Assembly (NCBI GenBank): GCA_001179505.1
Contig: CDMY01000869.1
Span: 62,001 to 126,000 of the forward strand
DNA length: 64,000 nucleotides
Direction: 5' to 3'
From: Vitrella brassicaformis CCMP3155
Lineage: Eukaryota > Protista > Chromerida
The notes under the pieces are model-generated. The model was not told the DNA's origin. It was given only the letters and a program-made list of their open reading frames with translations, and did not search any database. Numbering within the stretch: the first letter of the stretch is position 1; every line of letters begins with the position of its first letter. Positions 61,218-64,000 of this stretch are shown here, in pieces. Both the position numbers and the translations under genes were made by a program.

Positions 61218-63423
61218 TTACTTGGTATTGAAGGGAACGTATGGCAGCGTCAGCCGCTCATGAGGACGCGAAGCAGCCTGCAGCAATACATGCCACACAC
61301 AGAATACAGGACAACAACAACAACATCTATCAGCCTCCCGCTGCCAACGTACCTGCCAGTTTTGCTTCTCTCTCTGGAGGAACTCAATAGACGCATGGTC
61401 GCCGGACACCCACCAGCCATTGATCAGTCTGGCTGCCAGCAAAGATCGATCATTTGCGTCGAGCTTCCACATGACGGTGAGAATGAACTCGAACATGTCG
61501 CTGCGGCGGATTGTGGCCGCGGCGGTAGATGGGACGGGCTTCTGGAGCACGTCCATCACCACATTCGCCAGGGCACTGGACGCCTCAATCTTCGACAACA
61601 CCATGCCCCACGCCGTCACAGCTGCACAAACACACAGACGTGTCCTGATGCCCCACATCCCGCCAGTGTGTTCCCTATTCACCTGCGAATGGTCTGAAGG
61701 AAATGCCTGCGAGAGTCGGGAGCAGGAAGTCGCGATCAAAGTGAGGCAGGGCCCTACAAGTTGTAGACACAAAAGAGAGCCGCCAACCCACGTGAAGGCC
61801 CACCATCTCTGTCTTACTTGGCGAAGTTGGTAATGTCCGGCCATTTGAGCTGCAGGATGCATTGCCGCAAGTACAGCAGTGCGATGGTCATGTAGGGGTA
61901 TGACACAACAGTGACGCTCATCTCGAGGTCCTTGAGCAGCACATCCCCCACCCCCTTGGCGTCCAGCTCCTCACCCGTCAGGCTGGGGATGTGGAACGAC
62001 AGACCCAGGTTGGACCCGAGCAGCATCACGGCATAGTCCACGCCGTCGAAGGATGACGATGTGTCGACCACGGTGACACGACCCTCGACCCCTCCTTCCT
62101 CTTCCCGCGCCTCCTCCGTACTTGCTCTGGTGTCGCCCCAGCTCGTGGATGGGGACGGGTCGGTCGTGATGGTCGCGTGAAGGGTGTAGCATGCGCAGGC
62201 CGATGGGCGAGAAGCCTCAGTAGCAGTCGCTGTAGCCATGATTTCAAATGAGGCAATCTCACGCATGCGTTTCTCGCCGTCTGCCGTCAGGGTGTGTGAC
62301 AGGTCGCGGATCGACCAATAGGAGTAGTCGAGCAGACCAGGGGCGGGGGGAGGGGCGAGAGAGGGGGAGCGGACGCGGGCACGGGTGAAGATGTAGAGAC
62401 GCGGCAGGGTCATGTGGATGAAGGCCGTCACAAAGGGGTTGTCATACAGGGGGGCGTCGTATACGCGGAACGGGTGAATGAAGGCCGTCTTGGACTTGCA
62501 GGCGTGCTCTCGGTCAGCGAACACGCCACCTGTACACACACACACGCCACCAGTCGGCAAGCTAGAGAACAGTCGAGCCGCACGTACCTATCGCATCACT
62601 GAGTGTGGGGGAGTTCGTCGGTATGACGAGAAATCGCGCCAGCCCATCGGCGGACGCCTGCAGCTTGCCGCTCGCGAGATGGTGGCAGATGTAGCTGAGC
62701 AGCTTGCTCGCCGCACCGACGGTGGCCGAGTCGTTGCTGTTCCAGCCGTGCTTGAGCAGCTGGGGGTTCTGCAGGGCGACCACGGAGACCGTCGGCGGCC
62801 ACTCCTCTGTGCTGCTCTGGATGAGGCGCGCCACGGCATCGTGGGTCATGGACTCGATGAGCTGCCGGGCGAACAGAGGGTCCTCAAGCCAGTTGCGGCG
62901 AAGCATCTGCCAACACACAACACCATCATGGACACACCGAGCTGCGCCCATTCTTGCTGACGACTTGCCTTGCCGTCGAGTTTGGAGACCATAGTGTCGC
63001 TGATGCCGCTGTGGACGTAGTCGAGGGCCTTGACGCAATCCAGAAAGTTGTCTTCTGTGAGGCCGTTGAGCATGGCATTGACGTCCTTCTGCAGCACAAC
63101 ACGAGCGACGTCAATGCCGATCTCGCGGATGACGATGCGGTGCGTCTTGCCCTCTGCAAAACTCCCTGCTTCCAACGCCTGCACCACACCAGACATCACA
63201 CCACACAGACAAACAAACAAACGAATGAATGAATGAATGAATGCATCTCCGACGGGTGGTTGATCTGCTTGTTGTTGACCGGTTTGAAATGGTCGAATTT
63301 CATGAGTACGTCGCGTTTGATGTGCAGCTTCTGGTCCTCGCCGGCCGCGGACTCATCTTCTCCCTCACGCACAAACACCAACTCGACAGAGGGGCTGATC
63401 AGCGACTCAGACGATGATGCCAT
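61218..63423 (-). CDS. Divergent BTB/POZ-domain protein; multi-exon, 3' end uncertain
   Basis: VELVF...LHIKRDVLMKFDHF/ALEAGSFAEGKTHRIVIREIGIDVARVVL matches the BTB pattern. Further exon-like ORFs run to about 61.2 kb. Confidence 0.55.
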
Positions 63424-64000
63424 GGCGGGCGGCGAGAAGCAGTGCGACCACTCGGGGGAAGTGGGCAGTTGTTGCCTGCACGATAATGAACAGACGAGGC
63501 GAGCAACAGTGAGCGTCATGAGAAGGGTGATGACTATTGTAGTGGATGTCACGTGATTTCTCTCATTACCTGTTGCACACAGTGGCGTTCGCACAAAGCC
63601 GGTTAGGGGAGGACAAAACTCGTACTCGGCTGTAAATTGCATCGGTCGAGAAATTCGCGTGTTTATATCTTTGTTGGTTGTTCTCGACTGAGACGCGGTG
63701 ACGATGGCGTGTCACACCCTCTTCGACCACCACTTCAACAAGGCCCTCGGATGGCCAGCACATGGGTAAGCGAGTAGAGGCGATGTGGGACTGAGCAGAT
63801 GTTATTTGAGGCATGCGTGCATCATCGCACAACTTCCCTGTGTCGCTTCAGGGTTTGTGGAGAGTGACAGCAACACAGAGAGCGAGGCCCTGAGCGATTT
63901 CCGACTCCCACCTCCCCGCCAGCCGCCCGCTGCGCCCGCCACCCCGCCCACGCCTCCGGCCGTCATCCCCAACTATCTCAAGGCGACCAAAGCAACGGCG

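Noticed and set aside
58-63832. Hundreds of overlapping ORF-track ORFs rich in HT, CV, SLSL, TDRQ and WMDG
   Set aside because: They are translations of intronic microsatellites or antisense shadows of real exons in GC-rich DNA.

Overview
Eukaryotic, GC-rich, intron-dense nuclear DNA. Introns are short GT-AG and full of (CA)n, (GA)n, (GACA)n, (GGAT)n and (GCAG)n microsatellites. This style, plus bipartite plastid-targeting leaders, suggests a chromerid alveolate such as Vitrella brassicaformis (inference). Most ORF-track entries are spurious or are single exons, so I spliced genes by hand; exon boundaries and start codons are approximate. Recognisable genes are a Deg/HtrA protease, a mitochondrial carrier, uL24, UTP13/TBL3, a CRMP-like multipass receptor, an F-box/SNF2/RING helicase, ERO1, a PSI-domain secreted protein, a SET-domain methyltransferase, an FCP1/NIF phosphatase and a BTB protein. 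Several unknown secreted or plastid-targeted proteins are also present. The most unusual region is about 13.3-35.2 kb, a rearrangement hotspot built from copied gene pieces. It holds an inverted duplication that captured the UTP13 start, two divergent protein-kinase families in fragments and chimeras, an intronless kinase ORF with atypical catalytic motifs and disabling lesions, and a scrambled topoisomerase II pseudogene. A secreted cysteine-rich protein with two large knottin-terminated repeats (1-1843) is the best novel-protein candidate. I found no rRNA, tRNA, CRISPR array or transposase/RT. There is a 300-N assembly gap at 50846-51145.
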